Assembly (NCBI GenBank): GCA_964016885.1
Contig: OZ024740.1
Coordinates: 306,776,001-306,840,000, forward strand
Direction of reading: 5' to 3'
Source: Eledone cirrhosa
Lineage: Eukaryota
DNA: 64,000 nucleotides
The translations under genes were made by a program, and so were the position numbers. The notes beneath the pieces are model-generated. The model saw only the letters and a list, made by a program, of their open reading frames with translations. It searched no databases and was not told the origin of the DNA. This document shows positions 1 to 13,510 of the stretch, piece after piece; positions within the stretch are counted from its first letter, which is position 1, and every line of letters starts with the position of its first letter.

Positions 1-57
<57 letters not shown>

Positions 58-99
58 TGAGAGAGAGAGAGGTGTGTGTGTAGATATGTCCTAAGTTGA

Positions 100-420
100 C
101 TGGACTATTGCTCCCAATAGGATTGCCGCGGTGAAGGAGATGAGCTACTGGGAGAGGTTAAAAGAACTAAAACTCTACACCTTAAAATGAAGGCGGGATA
201 TGCATATGGAAGATCCTGGAAGGACTAGCACCAAACTTTGGCATTGAGAGCTGGACAAACCCTCGAACAGGACGTCACTGTGTGGTGCCAAAAATCCCGT
301 CTTTCGCATCCTGAGTAAGGAGTAGATATTGCAATAACCTGGAGTTCAAAGGCCCTCAACCCTTCAACAAGCTGCCAAAAAATGTGAGAGATCTACATGG
401 TGTGGCAGTGGATGTTTACA
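100..420 (+). mobile_element. CR1/L2-type LINE 3' ORF2 fragment (decayed)
   Basis: Translates to MSYWERLKELKLYTL...WKILEGLAPN...RTGRHC...FKGPQPFNKLP with in-frame stops, typical of a CR1-like ORF2 C-terminus. Confidence 0.7.
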
Positions 421-1672
421 TATATGTATATATACACACAGAAAGACAGACACACACACACGTACATATATTACATGTATGCTTATCTGACCTACGAACA
501 ACTTGATACATTGCACCAACCACTTGATTAACGTATAATAGCTAGTCAATATTATCACCAAAGGAAGAGACACAATAAGGACTTGATAGAACTTTTACAA
601 CGATAAGATATTGCGACATTCGTGGGATGGAGGAAATAATCCAGAAAGATTTAGAATTTTGAAAGCTTACGCGAATATTTGTGTTTATATATTTTTTTAA
701 AAGTGAATTATATGTATGTGTTTTTTTTCTTTCTGTGGAGCGAGAGATTCATAGTCTTCATTAAGATGGTCACTCTGATATAAAACCTGCGACTTCGTTT
801 GCATCCAATGATGTAGACTAGTTCTACTTTTTGGGTAAATGCATTCAATATTCAGAGAGTAGGATTGGCCCCGTACAAAGCCTTTCCTCACTTAACAAAA
901 GCTTCAAGCACAGACATCGCTTTATATATGACATGTTTTGCGATGCATAGCATTGTTGGCCATAGGCAAGTCCCTATCAGGACTAAAAAGCCACGTTCGT
1001 GGTGCTCAAGCTTAAGTATCCAGTGATGGCATTACTCGAAATTGAGTTGCAGCCATCGCGCGCGTGTGTGTACACACACATAGAGAGAGAGAGAGCAAAT
1101 GTTTCCTTGTAGGTCAAGTCACAAATGGATTCATACAAAATGTTAAATCTATATCAAACTAAATACTATGCGAAATGTACAGTATTATATTTGACATGCC
1201 AACATACAAAAATATATAACAACAATGATAATACATAAAAGAAACAATACAGGTATAATACAAGCGCAAAAGATTGTAATAAAATGACAATACTGGTACA
1301 CACATGTGTATATATATTATGAATAGTAGAAAGTAGAGTTGAGTTGTGTTGCGGTTCTGAGAAAGACCCGTTTCTGAACCTAGTTTTCTCCGCTCAAACA
1401 TTTATCATCTGGTTGCTGAGTAAATAATCTATGGCGTTGTGGCTGACATGTTGGTTGCTCTCATGTGGATGGGAGAGGCCGCTAGTAATTCGGGAGAGTA
1501 AGTGAAGTAGACTGCTACTTCATTAAAATTATTAGAGGCTGGCTTTAACGATATAATTAAACTAATAGATTCTAACGCGAAGAAAGACACGACAATGCAT
1601 AATGTAAAGTCAAGCCCGTGGTAATCAGGAAATCTTCAGTGTATGATCATGAAACGTCCGAAATGTTTCAGG

Positions 1673-2009
1673 TATTCTTTGGTCTCGAATAATCGCCTGC
1701 CTACCCTCTTATTAATTTTTTCTAATCTATCTCCGGCGAAATTTTATTTTAAGTGACCTTGCTGCGACAATTAATTTTCTCTATACATTAAAAAACATTA
1801 TACATGACAAAAAAAGTACATTACTAGAAATCTCATGCGTTATAAAATAAATAGGATGGGTTGGGGGTCTCAAAATGTAAACTAAACGACTAATTCTGGT
1901 TTTTAAAAATCAACGGAGACAATTTAGAAAAATTACCGAATTTCCATCCACCTCGCTTATTCCAACCCCGGCTTATTCCCCACCCCCCATTATTTTGGAC
2001 CTGAGAGTA
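1673..2009 (+). mobile_element. TA-flanked MITE family copy 1 (Tc1/mariner-type)
   Basis: Similar along its length to 5660-6034, with degenerate TIRs (TA)TTCTTTGGTCTCGAATAA...TTATTTTGGACCTGAGAG(TA). Confidence 0.75.
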
Positions 2010-2044
2010 CAAAAGAAAAACAATGAACCACAGAAATCTAGTCA

Positions 2045-2390
2045 TATCATCATCATCATCATTTCATTTTACGTTCGCTTTTTCCCTGCTTGCAAGGGTG
2101 GGACGGGAACTGATTTTGGCTTGATTTCTACAGCTGGATGCCCTTCCTAACACCAACCTCATTTACAGTGAGTGCTGGGTGCTTTTTGGCCGTGGCACCT
2201 CCATGACCACTTTGCAGTGGAATGATATGGACCCCAGTCCCTATCATCTCATTTCTACAGCTGACTAAACTGGAGCAATGTGAAATAAAGTGTCTTGCTC
2301 AAGGAAACAATACATCACCCGGTCTGAGAATTGAACTCACAACCTTTCGATTGCAAGGCCAATGCTCTAACCACTAAGCCATGTGCCTCC
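2045..2390 (-). mobile_element. tRNA-derived SINE with RTE-like 3' tail
   Basis: Minus strand has A box TGGCTTAGTGG, B box GTTCAATTC, a CCTTGAGCAAGACACTT core and an (ATG)n tail; near-identical to 57598-57935. Confidence 0.85.
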
Positions 2391-2699
2391 ATATATAAGA
2401 AGTAATGGATGTGGAGATCAATTATAGGATATTGTAGTTAAAGCGTTCATTGGATAAGTTTATTACATTGTATAAAGGTATTTGCTGTAAAAAAAGAAAT
2501 ACTAAACAAACACAATAAATTCTATTTTCTATTGGGAACGTTTCCAGCATTTCCCACTCATAGTGTTGTACATAATGTAGATAGAGCATGTGCCCTGGAC
2601 GGCAATTTTGGGTGGTGGGGTTATAATTCAGATTTTGGATATACCAGGCTATGCTAAATGATATATGTGAATAGACGAAAGATGGTTTAAATGAGTGTA

Positions 2700-4610
2700 G
2701 GGAAATAGACATGGCGAAATCGTTTAGCACCCATGGATTGTTTATTCTCTAACCAGAAAGCAGCTCCCTGATTTCGTTTACTGTTTGTTTTCAGTCTTAA
2801 TTGAAACGAGAAAATGGATTCGATCATTGGATAATACTAGAAATGCTTTTCACTTTTGAAAAAAAAACAACTCATCAATATTGCTTTTGAAGGAAATGTA
2901 AAGAAATATTTTAGAAAATAGATAAATCATTGGCATAGAGCTTCAAGCTCAAATTATATCTGGAAAATTAAAGTAACGAGATTGTCTTCGTAGACGTCAC
3001 CATTGCAACGCATTTCGCCGACTCAACATTTTGAATTACGTGGTCACAAGAAATCCCCATAATCAGAAAGAAGAAAGCAATTTTGGACTTTGGAGGGTGG
3101 GGCTGTTAATATTATTGCAAATTTTGATCCTGTCATAAAAGAACGGTCTCAGTAATGTAGAAAAGGACTATGGGAGAACATATTTACTTCCTTTAGCTGA
3201 TGACTTCCATTGTTAGCTAGAAATTGCTACACAACATTTATAAAGCCAAATACTTTCTCCTCGTGTTTGATTCTACTTCAGGTGAAGCATATCGAAAATA
3301 AATGGCAAAAACATTTCGTTCTGTTGATATTGATTTAAAGGAGAAAACAATGCTTATGAAAGAGTATTTTCTTGGATTTATCCAATTAAAACAAAAGGAT
3401 GCTGAAAGCTTGGTGGAAATAATTTTGGTTCAGCTTGTAAATGACGAATTGTCGTTAGAGGACTGTCGATCTCACTGCTATAATAATACTGCGGTTATCG
3501 CTGTTTATAAAAGCAGGATTAATGGAATATATTGCAAAGCTATTTTTGTATACTGCGATAATCATTCTCTCAATTTGGGTACAGTGTTTGTTGCTAACCA
3601 TAATGTATTGATGGTAAATTTTTATCCATACAATTCATTCGCTTTATTCATTCTTTTCCTGCTCCACACTCCAATAATAAAAGCTGAAAGATGCCATACT
3701 AGAGGTTGTCAAATACGATTACGAAACTCGATGGAGACTGATATTTTAGTGTAACTTTTGCAAAGCATAGCTGATCAAATTCAAGCTGTTGATACAAGAG
3801 GTAATTACAAGACAAGTGTTGAATCAAATTTTAACTTATTTCTTGGTTTTGCTTGAATTTTGGAATAGAATTCTTATTTGGATTAACATAATTCAAAAAC
3901 GATTCCAAGATCATACCATGAACTTTCATAACGTTGTTTGGGATTTGAAGGCCCATCAAGATTATTTTCTAAGCAACCGGGAATCATTAACTTGAATAAC
4001 TTGAAGCGGGGATAAAATTATATGGTGAGCGGGCTTCTCAGAAAGAAGAAACAAATGCCTACCGTAGTTAAAAAATACAATCATGGGTGTGGAATTAACA
4101 GCGAAAAAAGAAATAATAATGAAGGTAACTGTTGATAATCGCCGTAATAAAATGGAAAATTTGCCCATTTTCATGACGCGGCTCAAAATTTGGAATTGTT
4201 TTCGATGCTGGAGCTGAGGTTTCCAAACTCTATCGTCAATAATGTATAGCTGTGAGACGTGGCCAATGAGAACTGTGGATTTATTCAAGCTGAGCTTTTT
4301 GGCCACTTCTGCACTCGCTGATTTTTTTTCCATGCTCACGCATTGAATTTATGCCAAACTCCGAAATTCGACATCGCTGTCGCATCGATTCCTTCAACAA
4401 CAACTACTCAAAGAGTATATCCTTTGATTTAGTCAAGCACTCAACGGTTCACGATGTTGTGAATACACTTGGGTGAACGCTGACCCAAAGTACAAACTAG
4501 TCACAGTTGCAGTTTCTTTTGATAGTTGTGAGTGATCTTTCTGTAAGTTAAAATTGATCTGATCATTTTAAACGAACCAAAAATACTTCGGCACTGAGTG
4601 TAAAGAAACT
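2700..4610 (+). pseudogene. Decayed hAT (ZMYM1-like) transposase
   Basis: Motifs KAKYFS..FDST, EYFLGFIQL...LEDCRSHCYNNTA...KAIFVYCDNHSLNL (family consensus CRGQxYDNA / FVHCxxHxLNL) and a dimerization-domain remnant (V.TVA...CE.SF.KLKLI) near 4490-4560; many frameshifts and stops. Confidence 0.85.
4220..4430 (+). mobile_element. RTE-like LINE fragment nested in the hAT remnant
   Basis: Reads LSSIMYSCETWPMRTVDLFKL, resembling the RTE L.YGCETW motif. Confidence 0.5.
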
Positions 4611-4626
4611 GAAAACAAGTTTTGGT

Positions 4627-4770
4627 AATAATTGTTTCTATTTTTGGCACAAGGCCAGCAATTATTCCAGTGTATTACTGGTGCTTTATTTTATCGACCC
4701 TGTAAGGATGAAAGGCAAAGTTAACCTCGGCGGGATTTGAACTCGGACCGCAAAGGGCCGTAACTCTATA
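4627..4770 (-). mobile_element. tRNA-derived SINE (Meta-domain-like family), partial
   Basis: Reverse complement of the GCCTTTCATCCTTACGGGGTCGATAAAATAAAG family core, plus B box. Confidence 0.8.
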
Positions 4771-5099
4771 CTACGTTTGTATTGTCAACAATAAGAAAAG
4801 TACAGATTTAGAATATAATTCAAAATTATTCATAAAAATAGAAGAGGAAGAAGAAGAAATTATTATGGGAAGCGTGTAACTTTCCAACTAAAAGAAGTTC
4901 CAGCTACCAAAGTTTGCTACCTTATCCAAGAGTTTCAAAACTTTGTAGATAAATCTACAGTTCTACCTTGTTACATTTGAATATATATGAATCACTACCT
5001 CCGCTGCACACCAGGTCCGAACACAAAAGAGCCGAACACCCACTGTCATCGCCTCCATCTCTCTCGCCCTCCCAATCTCTCTGTATTATGAACAAATGG

Positions 5100-5490
5100 G
5101 GTCCCACGTGCTGGTCGCCCAACGGCCCCGGCGGACAGAATGGAGAAGACGTTTCCCCGGAGGATGGTAAGGGAGATGCGCTGGAAGAGCCATTCCATCT
5201 CGTGAGGCTCACACCTGCGGCTAGCCAGCTCAGCACCTATGGTGGTAAGTAAGGAGGTAGCCCTAGGGTCAAGGACACCAGAAGTCTCCATTGCCAGGGG
5301 CTCGACTTCAAACCTGTCGGAGAGTGACCGATATTTGGAGAGTTTACCCTCCTCAGCCCGAAGTGCAGCAGAACTTGGGTTAGTTGCAGACTGCACCAGG
5401 TTGCGGTTGGAGAAAGTGTCACTGCAAGTGGCATCCCAGACGAGGGGTTTACCACCGCTGAACGGGAAGATGGTCATACCGTCTGACCTT
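5100..5490 (-). mobile_element. CRE-like non-LTR retrotransposon, restriction-like endonuclease C-terminus
   Basis: RSDGMTIFPFSGGKPLVWDATCSDT...AEEGKLSKY...PLAMETSG...WLFQRISLTILRGN fits the RLE pattern RPDG.T..PW..G..LVWD.T...QR.S....RGN. Confidence 0.85.
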
Positions 5491-5659
5491 GCTACTTCTG
5501 GGGAGAAGGAAGTGACATAGGGGTGGACTAAATATCTTGCTGCATTTAGTGTAGTCTTTGATAACTTGTCTGAATGTTTGGGACTATAGATAGGTTTGTG
5601 CGATCATGTCGAACCTGGAGTTTTTAACTTCTAGATGTTTCAATTGTCTGTTTAGGACG

Positions 5660-6034
5660 TACTCTCGGGTCTCGAATAAATAAACCATCCTACCCGCGGC
5701 TTATTAATTTTTCAGACTCTCCCCCCCCCCCCCCACCCCCCCTCTCCTCCACCGCTTATTAAATTTTTCTAATCTACCTCCGGCGAAAATTTATTTTAAG
5801 TGGTATTCCGGCAACAATTAGTTTTCTTTATACTGTATACATGACAAAGTACATTACTAGAAATCTCATACGTTATAAAATAAATAGGATGGGTTGGGAT
5901 CTCAATATGTAAACTAAACAACTAATTCTGGTTTTTAAAAAAATCAAAAATCAGCGGAGACAACCTAGAAAAATTACCGATTTCACCCACCTCACTCCGC
6001 TTACCCCTCCCATATTATTTGGGACCCGAGAGTA
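5660..6034 (+). mobile_element. TA-flanked MITE family copy 2
   Basis: TIRs (TA)CTCTCGGGTCTCGAATAA ... TTATTTGGGACCCGAGAG(TA) with TA target duplication. Confidence 0.85.
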
Positions 6035-6057
6035 AGTGATGTATTCATCCATTCATA

Positions 6058-6090
<33 letters not shown>

Positions 6091-6493
6091 GAACTCATTT
6101 AGTTCATGCAAAGATTTTCGGCAACTTCTTTCTAGTATATATCGAAAAGCTCTATAAGTGTGTGCGGCTACCTAGCAACTGGTACATACTAATGGTCGGT
6201 TGACTGTTTATTTGTTAGCTTCTCATACTTGTCCGTGACAAGTTCATTTTTATCCTTATCCCTGCAGCTTCAAAGTACTGCATGCGCGCGTCTAGTTTGT
6301 ATTTCATCTTTTTAATACAAATGCACATGCATTAACTATAAAACTAGAATGGATATGTGTGTTTAAGGCATGTAGTTGGGTGCATTGTTGGTTACATAAA
6401 TTTCTAGGAACACAAACTCACACACACGTAGTATACATTCTTTTAAGCATGTATTTTTTTCAACATGACTGCTCACTTTCATTATTTTTTTAT

Positions 6494-6682
6494 CGGTGAA
6501 TTGGCAGTATCGGTAGAGGGTCGGACGCCATGCTTTGACGCATAGTTACGGCCCTTGCCATTCTGAGTTCAATTCCCGCCGAGGTTAACTTTGCCTTTCA
6601 TCCTTACGGGGTCGATAAAATAAAGTACCAGTAATGCACTGGGTAATTGCTGGCCTTGTGCCAATAGTAGAAACAATTATTT
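6494..6682 (+). mobile_element. tRNA-derived SINE (Meta-domain-like family), near full length
   Basis: A box TGGCAGTATCGG, B box GTTCAATTC, core GCCTTTCATCCTTACGGGGTCGATAAAATAAAGTACCAG and (ATT)n tail; more than ten related copies in the window. Confidence 0.88.
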
Positions 6683-6760
6683 TTTTATTTTAACGACGCG
6701 CGCGCATGCGTTCACATATATGTATATATATTCACATACACGCATACCCATATTATTATA

Positions 6761-7216
6761 TACTCTCGGGTCCCAAATAATAGGGGGGGGGGGGTAAACA
6801 GGGGTGGTTGAAAAATCGGTAATTTTTGTAGGTTGTCTTCGCTGATTGTTTTAAAAACCAGAATTAGTCGTTTAGACTTCTTTTTTTCTTCTTCTTCCAC
6901 TTCTTTCTGAGAGGGTCGTGGAGATGAGTCCTTAAACACTCCTTCCAGCGGGTCCTGTCAGAAGCAACCATCTCCAACTGATCTGGCTGGATCCCCAGCG
7001 AGACCAGCCAAGCTCATGGATGTTATCCAACTATCTTATCCTATTTATTTTATAACGTATGCGATTTCTTGTTATGTACTTTTTTTTGTCATGAATAAAG
7101 AACATTAACTGGCGCATGAATTTTACCACTTAAAATAAAATTTCGCCGGAGATAGATTAGCAAACTTTAATAAGCGGTGGGGGTGCAATCTGACGATTTT
7201 TTGAGACCTGACAGTA
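6761..7216 (-). mobile_element. TA-flanked MITE family copy 3, interrupted by an RTE LINE 3' end (about 6877-7035)
   Basis: Inverted relative to 5660-6034; the insert is similar to 11460-11590. Confidence 0.8.
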
Positions 7217-7499
7217 TGTGTGTGCATAAGAAAAACTTGAACTTTGAGCCACACAGCTACTAAACGCTAATCATCTACTCAACGCCGGTGTTTATTTCAG
7301 GACTTTGTAACCTAAAGTAGATACGAGAAGAAATAGCTCTCCTTGGGATGGGACGATAGTCCGTCGCAAGTAAATAAATATTTCAAGAAATCTGGAACCT
7401 TTGTACTCTTCTCTTGTCGCATTCTCAACGTACGGTCACATTGATGAATACTGACAGTATCTACCCTCATTAGTGACTGCTGTTCGATCGATCGTTGGA

Positions 7500-7780
7500 C
7501 CTTCGTCGGTTTCGATGATGACCGTTCCAGTTCGATTAACGGAACAACAGCTTGCTCATGAAATTAACGCGTGACTGTACATTACACAGATACATATAGC
7601 CTTCACGTAATTCTCAGGAAAGATTCAGTGTGACAGTGTATGACAAGGTTGGCTCTTTGAATTAAAGGTACAATCTATCTGGCGGACTTTCAAACAGTTT
7701 CCGTCTACTCGAGGCCATGGTAAATAACACTTGATTAAGACCCAAAGATTGCGAAGCGAACTTAAGCATTTAGCCATGTT
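7500..7780 (+). repeat. Dispersed SINE-like repeat (related copies near 22120-22310, 31640-31900, 49860-50050, 53270-53520)
   Basis: Shared motifs GTTCCAGTT..AACGGAACA.., ATTCTCAGG.AGATTCAG..TGAC, GACAAGG.TGGC. Confidence 0.6.
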
Positions 7781-8685
7781 GCGTCGTCTGACTGGTACTA
7801 TTTTAATAAACAAGTCCAATCACTACTATTGCTACCAAGTTCACCACTGCCATCACCAGAAACACTCTCTTCAAATATACTTGCACCATCACCACCACCA
7901 TCACTATTATTATCACCGCAACCACTTCACCACCACCACTATGCTAGGTATTGTTTTTTTTCTGACTGATTTTGTTGTAGTAGTAGTGGTAGTTGAACAG
8001 CCTTGACTGTTCATCAGTAGTTCTCTGAACACACACACACGCTCTCATAACGTGTGTATGTATGTACACATTGCTCTGCGTGATCATACACAGACAAACA
8101 CACAATGTTTATGTATGTACACACGCACGCATTTCTTTCGCTTTTTTTCCCCCCTAGATTGTTTGTAACAAAAATGTTGTTTATATAGACACAGTTAGAG
8201 GGAAGTGTGTCGAATCCGCAGCCTTTATAAGTGTTTGCAGTTTTGCGGCAAAACAATTCGGGGGTGTTGTGGAGGCGGTCAAATTTTCTTGAAAATCTGC
8301 TGAACATGTTGTGTACGGACTTTGAAAATCTGGTTATTGCTATTATTATTTTCACTATATATTGCTGCCGTTGTTTTTAAACCAGTCGAATGGCAGAACG
8401 ATATTTAGTTACGTTCTGAGTTCAAATAACACTGACGTCAGCTTTGCCTTTTATTCATCCAGAGTCACTAAGTATTAGTTTATATTAGGGTTGTTTGTTA
8501 ATTAAAACATGGAGAGGGGAAAACAGTTTCACAGGGTTGCAGTACTGAGAACGAAGGTTTGGTAGTTAAGTTTGATACGTGGTCTATGGAGTGAGATACT
8601 GTAGATTTGAAGGGAGAAATGAGAATATACTTGATAAGTTTGGACAGTGATTGCTCATCATTATTTGGCGGCGAAACAATTATTT

Positions 8686-8876
8686 GGCGGTGGATTGGCA
8701 GTATCGGTAGAGCGTCGGACAATATGATTAGCGGCATAGTTATGGCCCTTAACGTTCTGAGTTCAAATCCCGCCAAGGTTAGCTTTGTCTTTCATCCTTA
8801 GAAAACATTATTTCTATATACCAGTAATGAACTGGGTATTTGCTGGCCTTGTGCCTAAAGTAGAAACAATTATTTC
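8686..8876 (+). mobile_element. tRNA-derived SINE (Meta-domain-like family)
   Basis: GGCGGTGGATTGGCAGTATCGGTAGAGCGTCGG head, GTTCAAATCC B box and GCTGGCCTTGTGCC..AAGTAGAAAC tail. Confidence 0.82.
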
Positions 8877-9610
8877 TATATATGCAGGTGGTGGTTTTGT
8901 TGTGGTGTTTATTGGGTGGTGGGGGGTTGTAACTATATTATTATTGTTATTTATCTGTCATTGCATTGTTGCAACTGTTGCAGTTGTTGCGACTGTTGTT
9001 ATTATTATAGTTGTTGCAGTTGTGAGTTGCAACTGTTGCTATTATTACAGTTGTTGCAGCTGCTGCGACAGTTGACGTGGTTATTGTTATTGCAACTGTT
9101 GCTGTTATTACTGCTGTCATGTGACTGCTGCAAGCAACACCTTATTTTGCTGCAAGTCAGCCTCTGCATTGGTCGCTTCTGTCCCACCCCCCTCTTGCCA
9201 ACTTCACAGTGCACTCTGCCTTGAGGCAAGATTTCTTCGTGAAATTGTTGTTTATGACACAAAATCACTGCTGACGTGCATGCTGCAACTGCTTTTGCAG
9301 TAACAGCTGGCGGTAGTGGAGTAACTGTTATTGCAGTTGGCACTGCTCACCAATATCTCCGCTGCTGACGATGATGATGATGATTGCATCACTTCGTAAA
9401 CATGCTGAAAGTTAAAAAATAAATATATCAAACTTGATTTTTATCTTTTGTGGGGTGTGGTGGGGTATAAAAACGAAAAAAAAAAAAAAGTTAAATTTCT
9501 TCCTTTCTTTCTTTCTAAACCTGCTAGCTGCTACACACTATAGAGGAATTGGTAAACTCCCAGTTAGAACCAATTCTGTTCATTTGGGTAGCGAATGTTT
9601 TTTTAAAATG

Positions 9611-9655
<45 letters not shown>

Positions 9656-10277
9656 CACAATGGTCGTCGCACAATTTCTTTTACTGTTTGTTATAATGTG
9701 ACTAAGTGGTTGTTATATTGACTTCGCAATGATTCATCCGCGGAACAGATTATTACTAAAACGAAGATAATTTAATAAATATAATATATATACTTCAATA
9801 GAATGTTTCTAAGATCTACTATCTAAATCTTAAGCAAAAAATGTCATTCCATTTCCTTCATTGTATTAAGATGTTTCAAGGAATTACTTGGCATAAGTAA
9901 ATTATAAAGCAGTTTTACAAAATAATCAGTGAGAAATATAATGCAAGTTCTCTCAGGCTGGTAACATTGCTGCTGTCAATGTTCAAATATTTTGTAAGAA
10001 AACGTGGAGAGAATGACGGGCGTTCCTGAGAGTAGTTTTTGTGGGGGAGGAAGACAACTGGGCGTAGTACGGGATCTGGAAAGTCTTTTTTTAAAAAAAG
10101 CAACCAGTAAGGGTGTGAAGAAGGATGGAGAGTATGTGTAATAAAGCAGAAGCCATTTTAGTAACAGTAGAAGAGGCAGAGAAGAAATTGAGGGTACGTG
10201 GTCGAAGCGCATTTGGTGCTTGAATATATATATCAATCAGTCGAACGATCCCTATTTGTGGGGTGGGGTGGGGCAAT

Positions 10278-10346
<69 letters not shown>

Positions 10347-11009
10347 CAGCACCGACCATAAATGTGAATAGTATTCTGTGATCGTCAGGTTGCCTCTTCT
10401 CCGTAGTGTAGATGAAGAATGTTTGCAAATTACTAAACAAAAATATATTACTGCAGGTACCACAGTATATGTAAGTATATATTTTAGTCTTACAGTGAAG
10501 GAATTTCATAGCTGAAAGCCTGACATAGAGAGACGGAGTATGCGATAAGCGATCGTAGTATCGCGATTTCAACCCTTATTATAGTTTAGTCATCAGCTGC
10601 TATGTAGCTGAGTCACGTGTTCGCTTTCGTTTAAGTGTAAACAGCTTCCAGAATTTTGTTTAAGATCCGTGTGTGTGTGTGTGTGTGTGTCCGACGGAAG
10701 TGAAAGACACCATTCAATGTATGACTGGAACTTATGGATAAAAGGAGAGACAGAGAGAAGTGAGTGAATGAATAAATAAATGTCAATTATTGTCAACCCT
10801 AACCCCGTTCCAAACAGAATTGTTCTGAATTTATCCCCAGAACAACGCAGAAATAAATGCTTTTTTCATTTATATTTTATGCTTCGTAGGTTCCTTGAGA
10901 GTTTTAGCAGTTTAATGATGCTTAAAGAGATTTGTTGGCACATTGAGATAGTTGAGTAGTGCTGACTTAAAGGAGAGAAATGACCTCGCTTTTCGCTTGT
11001 ATTTTAAAG

Positions 11010-11670
11010 GTCATCATCATCATTTGCTGTCTCCGCCTGCAGTAGATTACACACCAACATGACTTAGTATCCTTCCAAAGTTTCCTATTTTCGTGGCTTC
11101 GTTAAGTTCATATAAATTTAGACCAGACCTTTTATCAACATTGTCTTCTCACCAGTACCTCGGTGGTCTACCCTTATTTCTTTTAGCCTGAAGCAATATA
11201 CCCTCCATACATGTTTTAGAAAAAACCTTTTCAGGACTTTGCTTTTGATGATGTACATTATAGGAACTAGTTTAGTAGCTTCTGGTAGATCCATAATTGT
11301 TATATGCTCGAGTAGTTTGTGATTTGTCATGAACCTCATCCTGCCTCATTATAAATCATCTTCTTTTTCTTTTTTCTTTTATCTTTTTCTTCTTTTTCTT
11401 TTTCTTTTTCTTTTTCTTTTTCTTTTTCTTTTTCTTCCTTTTCTTCTTTTTCTTTTTCTTCTTCCTCGTGGGGGCAGAGTCCTCAAACACCATCCTTCCA
11501 GCGGGTCCTGTCAGAAGCAACCGTTTCCAGTTGATCCGGCTGGATCTCCAAGTGGAACCAGCCAAGCTCATGGATGGTATCCAACCATCTTGCTCGGGGT
11601 CTACCCCTGGGTTTCCTGTCGGCTGATTTTGTCCGTAAAATTTGTCCAGTGATTCTTTCCTGAGACATTC
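11010..11670 (-). mobile_element. Two adjacent/nested RTE-like LINE 3' ends
   Basis: 11460-11670 reads RKPRGRPRARWLD...VASDRTRWK with a long (GAAAAA)n tail; 11010-11340 reads CMEG...KGRPPRYW...LWK with an (ATG)n tail. Confidence 0.7.
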
Positions 11671-13009
11671 TAACTACTTGTTAAAGGTACAAATAAGCAT
11701 GTCTCCTTGCTAGAAGTAGCAGTCTCTCATCGCGCCTTACAAAGCTTTGTAAATAAATCAAGGAAAACCTTTGATCACACGTTTGTTGGATCAGAGCAAA
11801 CACGGGAGTAAACAACTTAATGGCTCTCTTCTCAAATTTCATTTCCTTTCCTGTTTTTTTTTGGGGGGGTTTTTGTTTTTTACATTATTTTCGTTTATCT
11901 TCTTTTCTCAGTCTTTTCAACATTCATTGTTTTCCTCATTCCATTAAACCTCTTTGTTTTTCCAAGCGTTAAGTTTCTTTTTTATTTTGCGTTTTTCCCT
12001 TCACTTTTTCCTGTGTATACTTTTCCAACCCTTCTTATTTTCTTTATTAACGACATTTTCTCTTTCCTTTATTTTTCTACAACAACACCTGCCGTATTAT
12101 ATTTTCCAGTGTGAACAGTAAACTCTATTTTCTGTGGTGAAATTTTTTCATTTATGAAATTTCTATTGACTGATTTTTTTAAAAATCTCTAACGAAGCAA
12201 ATAGCTTCAGTTTTGCTTTGGGTAATTTTCTGTGAGAGCAATATGTTATGGAAATGTGGAATGCTAATACATTCGACAGGCATTCTGAGCATTTAGTACA
12301 TTAAAATGAAAACTGAGCTTGGTTCCGTTACATACCTTTAAATTGATGTTCCATGGCCTGTTGGATTGTACTCAATTACAGTATATCAATGTGGCAAATA
12401 ATATTTATAGAAATATCTCTTTCTTGCTGATGGAACCGCTAAAGATTTCATCATCGTAAATGTCAATTTGGCAGAGGCGTTAGAACGTCGGATAGAATGT
12501 TTTGCAGTATTCGTTCCGACCCTCGAGTTCAAATTGCACCGAGGCCAGCTTTGCATCTCATCCATTTAATGTCGGTAAAAATGTACCAGTTTAGTACCGG
12601 TGTCGATTCTTCCTCTCTATCCTTCTCTGGAAGAAATCTGCTGTTTTCAGACCTGGAAATGAGATGGGCTCTGCTAGGTTTAAAAATGTCCTAGATGGCA
12701 CACTTACAATTCCCTCGAGAGTTACGGGTAAAAACCAGCCTTACAAAACCTAAATCTCCACCGCCACTTCCATGACCACGATTGTATTCTAAAGCATGTA
12801 AGTGAAGTGATAAGACTGTATGAAGAATTGAAACTGTGAAATGCTTTTATATTTTGGCTCACAGACTTTTATACTTGGTACCCCAACATGTTTTCAATGT
12901 CAATCAACAGAGGCGCGAATTCAGTGGTGTTAAGTACATGAGAAGTAACTATTACTTTTGTTGAGGGATCAGTTTCTTGTGGGTAAATTTCACAGAACTG
13001 GAGCTAACC

Positions 13010-13510
13010 CACTAATGCTACCTGACATTCCATTACATTTGCTGCATTGCCACGGGTGATAGCGAGGATAACATGCTGGAATAACCAAGCACCCTCGCAG
13101 GTATAATCCGATATATCGGTAAGGTGAACCATCAACGTTGACAAGAACCTTTTTGTCAGTGGCCCAGCTGCCCCAAACGTCTTGAAGCTCAGACGGGAAA
13201 AAATAGTTTGCCTATAATTCCTGGTATTACAAAATTTTATTATGTTCGGCTATGGATGATTTGAGGCTCACCTTCGCTACATAATCCAGGATGTGGGAAG
13301 GAGTGAGAGAGTCACTATTATGTCCCAAATAAGACATCTACCTCTTACACATGGGCAAAGAGTAAGACCATCTGTCCTCTTCTCATCAACCCTCCCTGAT
13401 GAATCCAGCTAGCTGTAAACTCGAGCGGACATTGACAAGGCCCGTTTGGTAATTAGGTTCAGTTGCAAGTGTCTTGGCTGAGGGAAACCCCGGCGCCCCT
13501 TGTTTTGGTA
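13010..13510 (-). mobile_element. CRE-like retrotransposon RLE fragment (decayed)
   Basis: Manual translation: PRHLQLNLITKRAL...DEKRTDGLTLCP..RGRCLIWD...AEHNK...PLSFKTFGAAGP...WLFQHVILAITRGNAANV. Confidence 0.8.

Noticed and set aside
697-1000. Possible piggyBac transposase C-terminal remnant on the minus strand
   Set aside because: Only faint motif resemblance across frameshifts; cannot be supported without a profile search.
1340-1420. Hammerhead-like CAGATGA...GAAACGG...CCGCA on the minus strand
   Set aside because: Core, stem II register and cleavage triplet all deviate; too degenerate to call.
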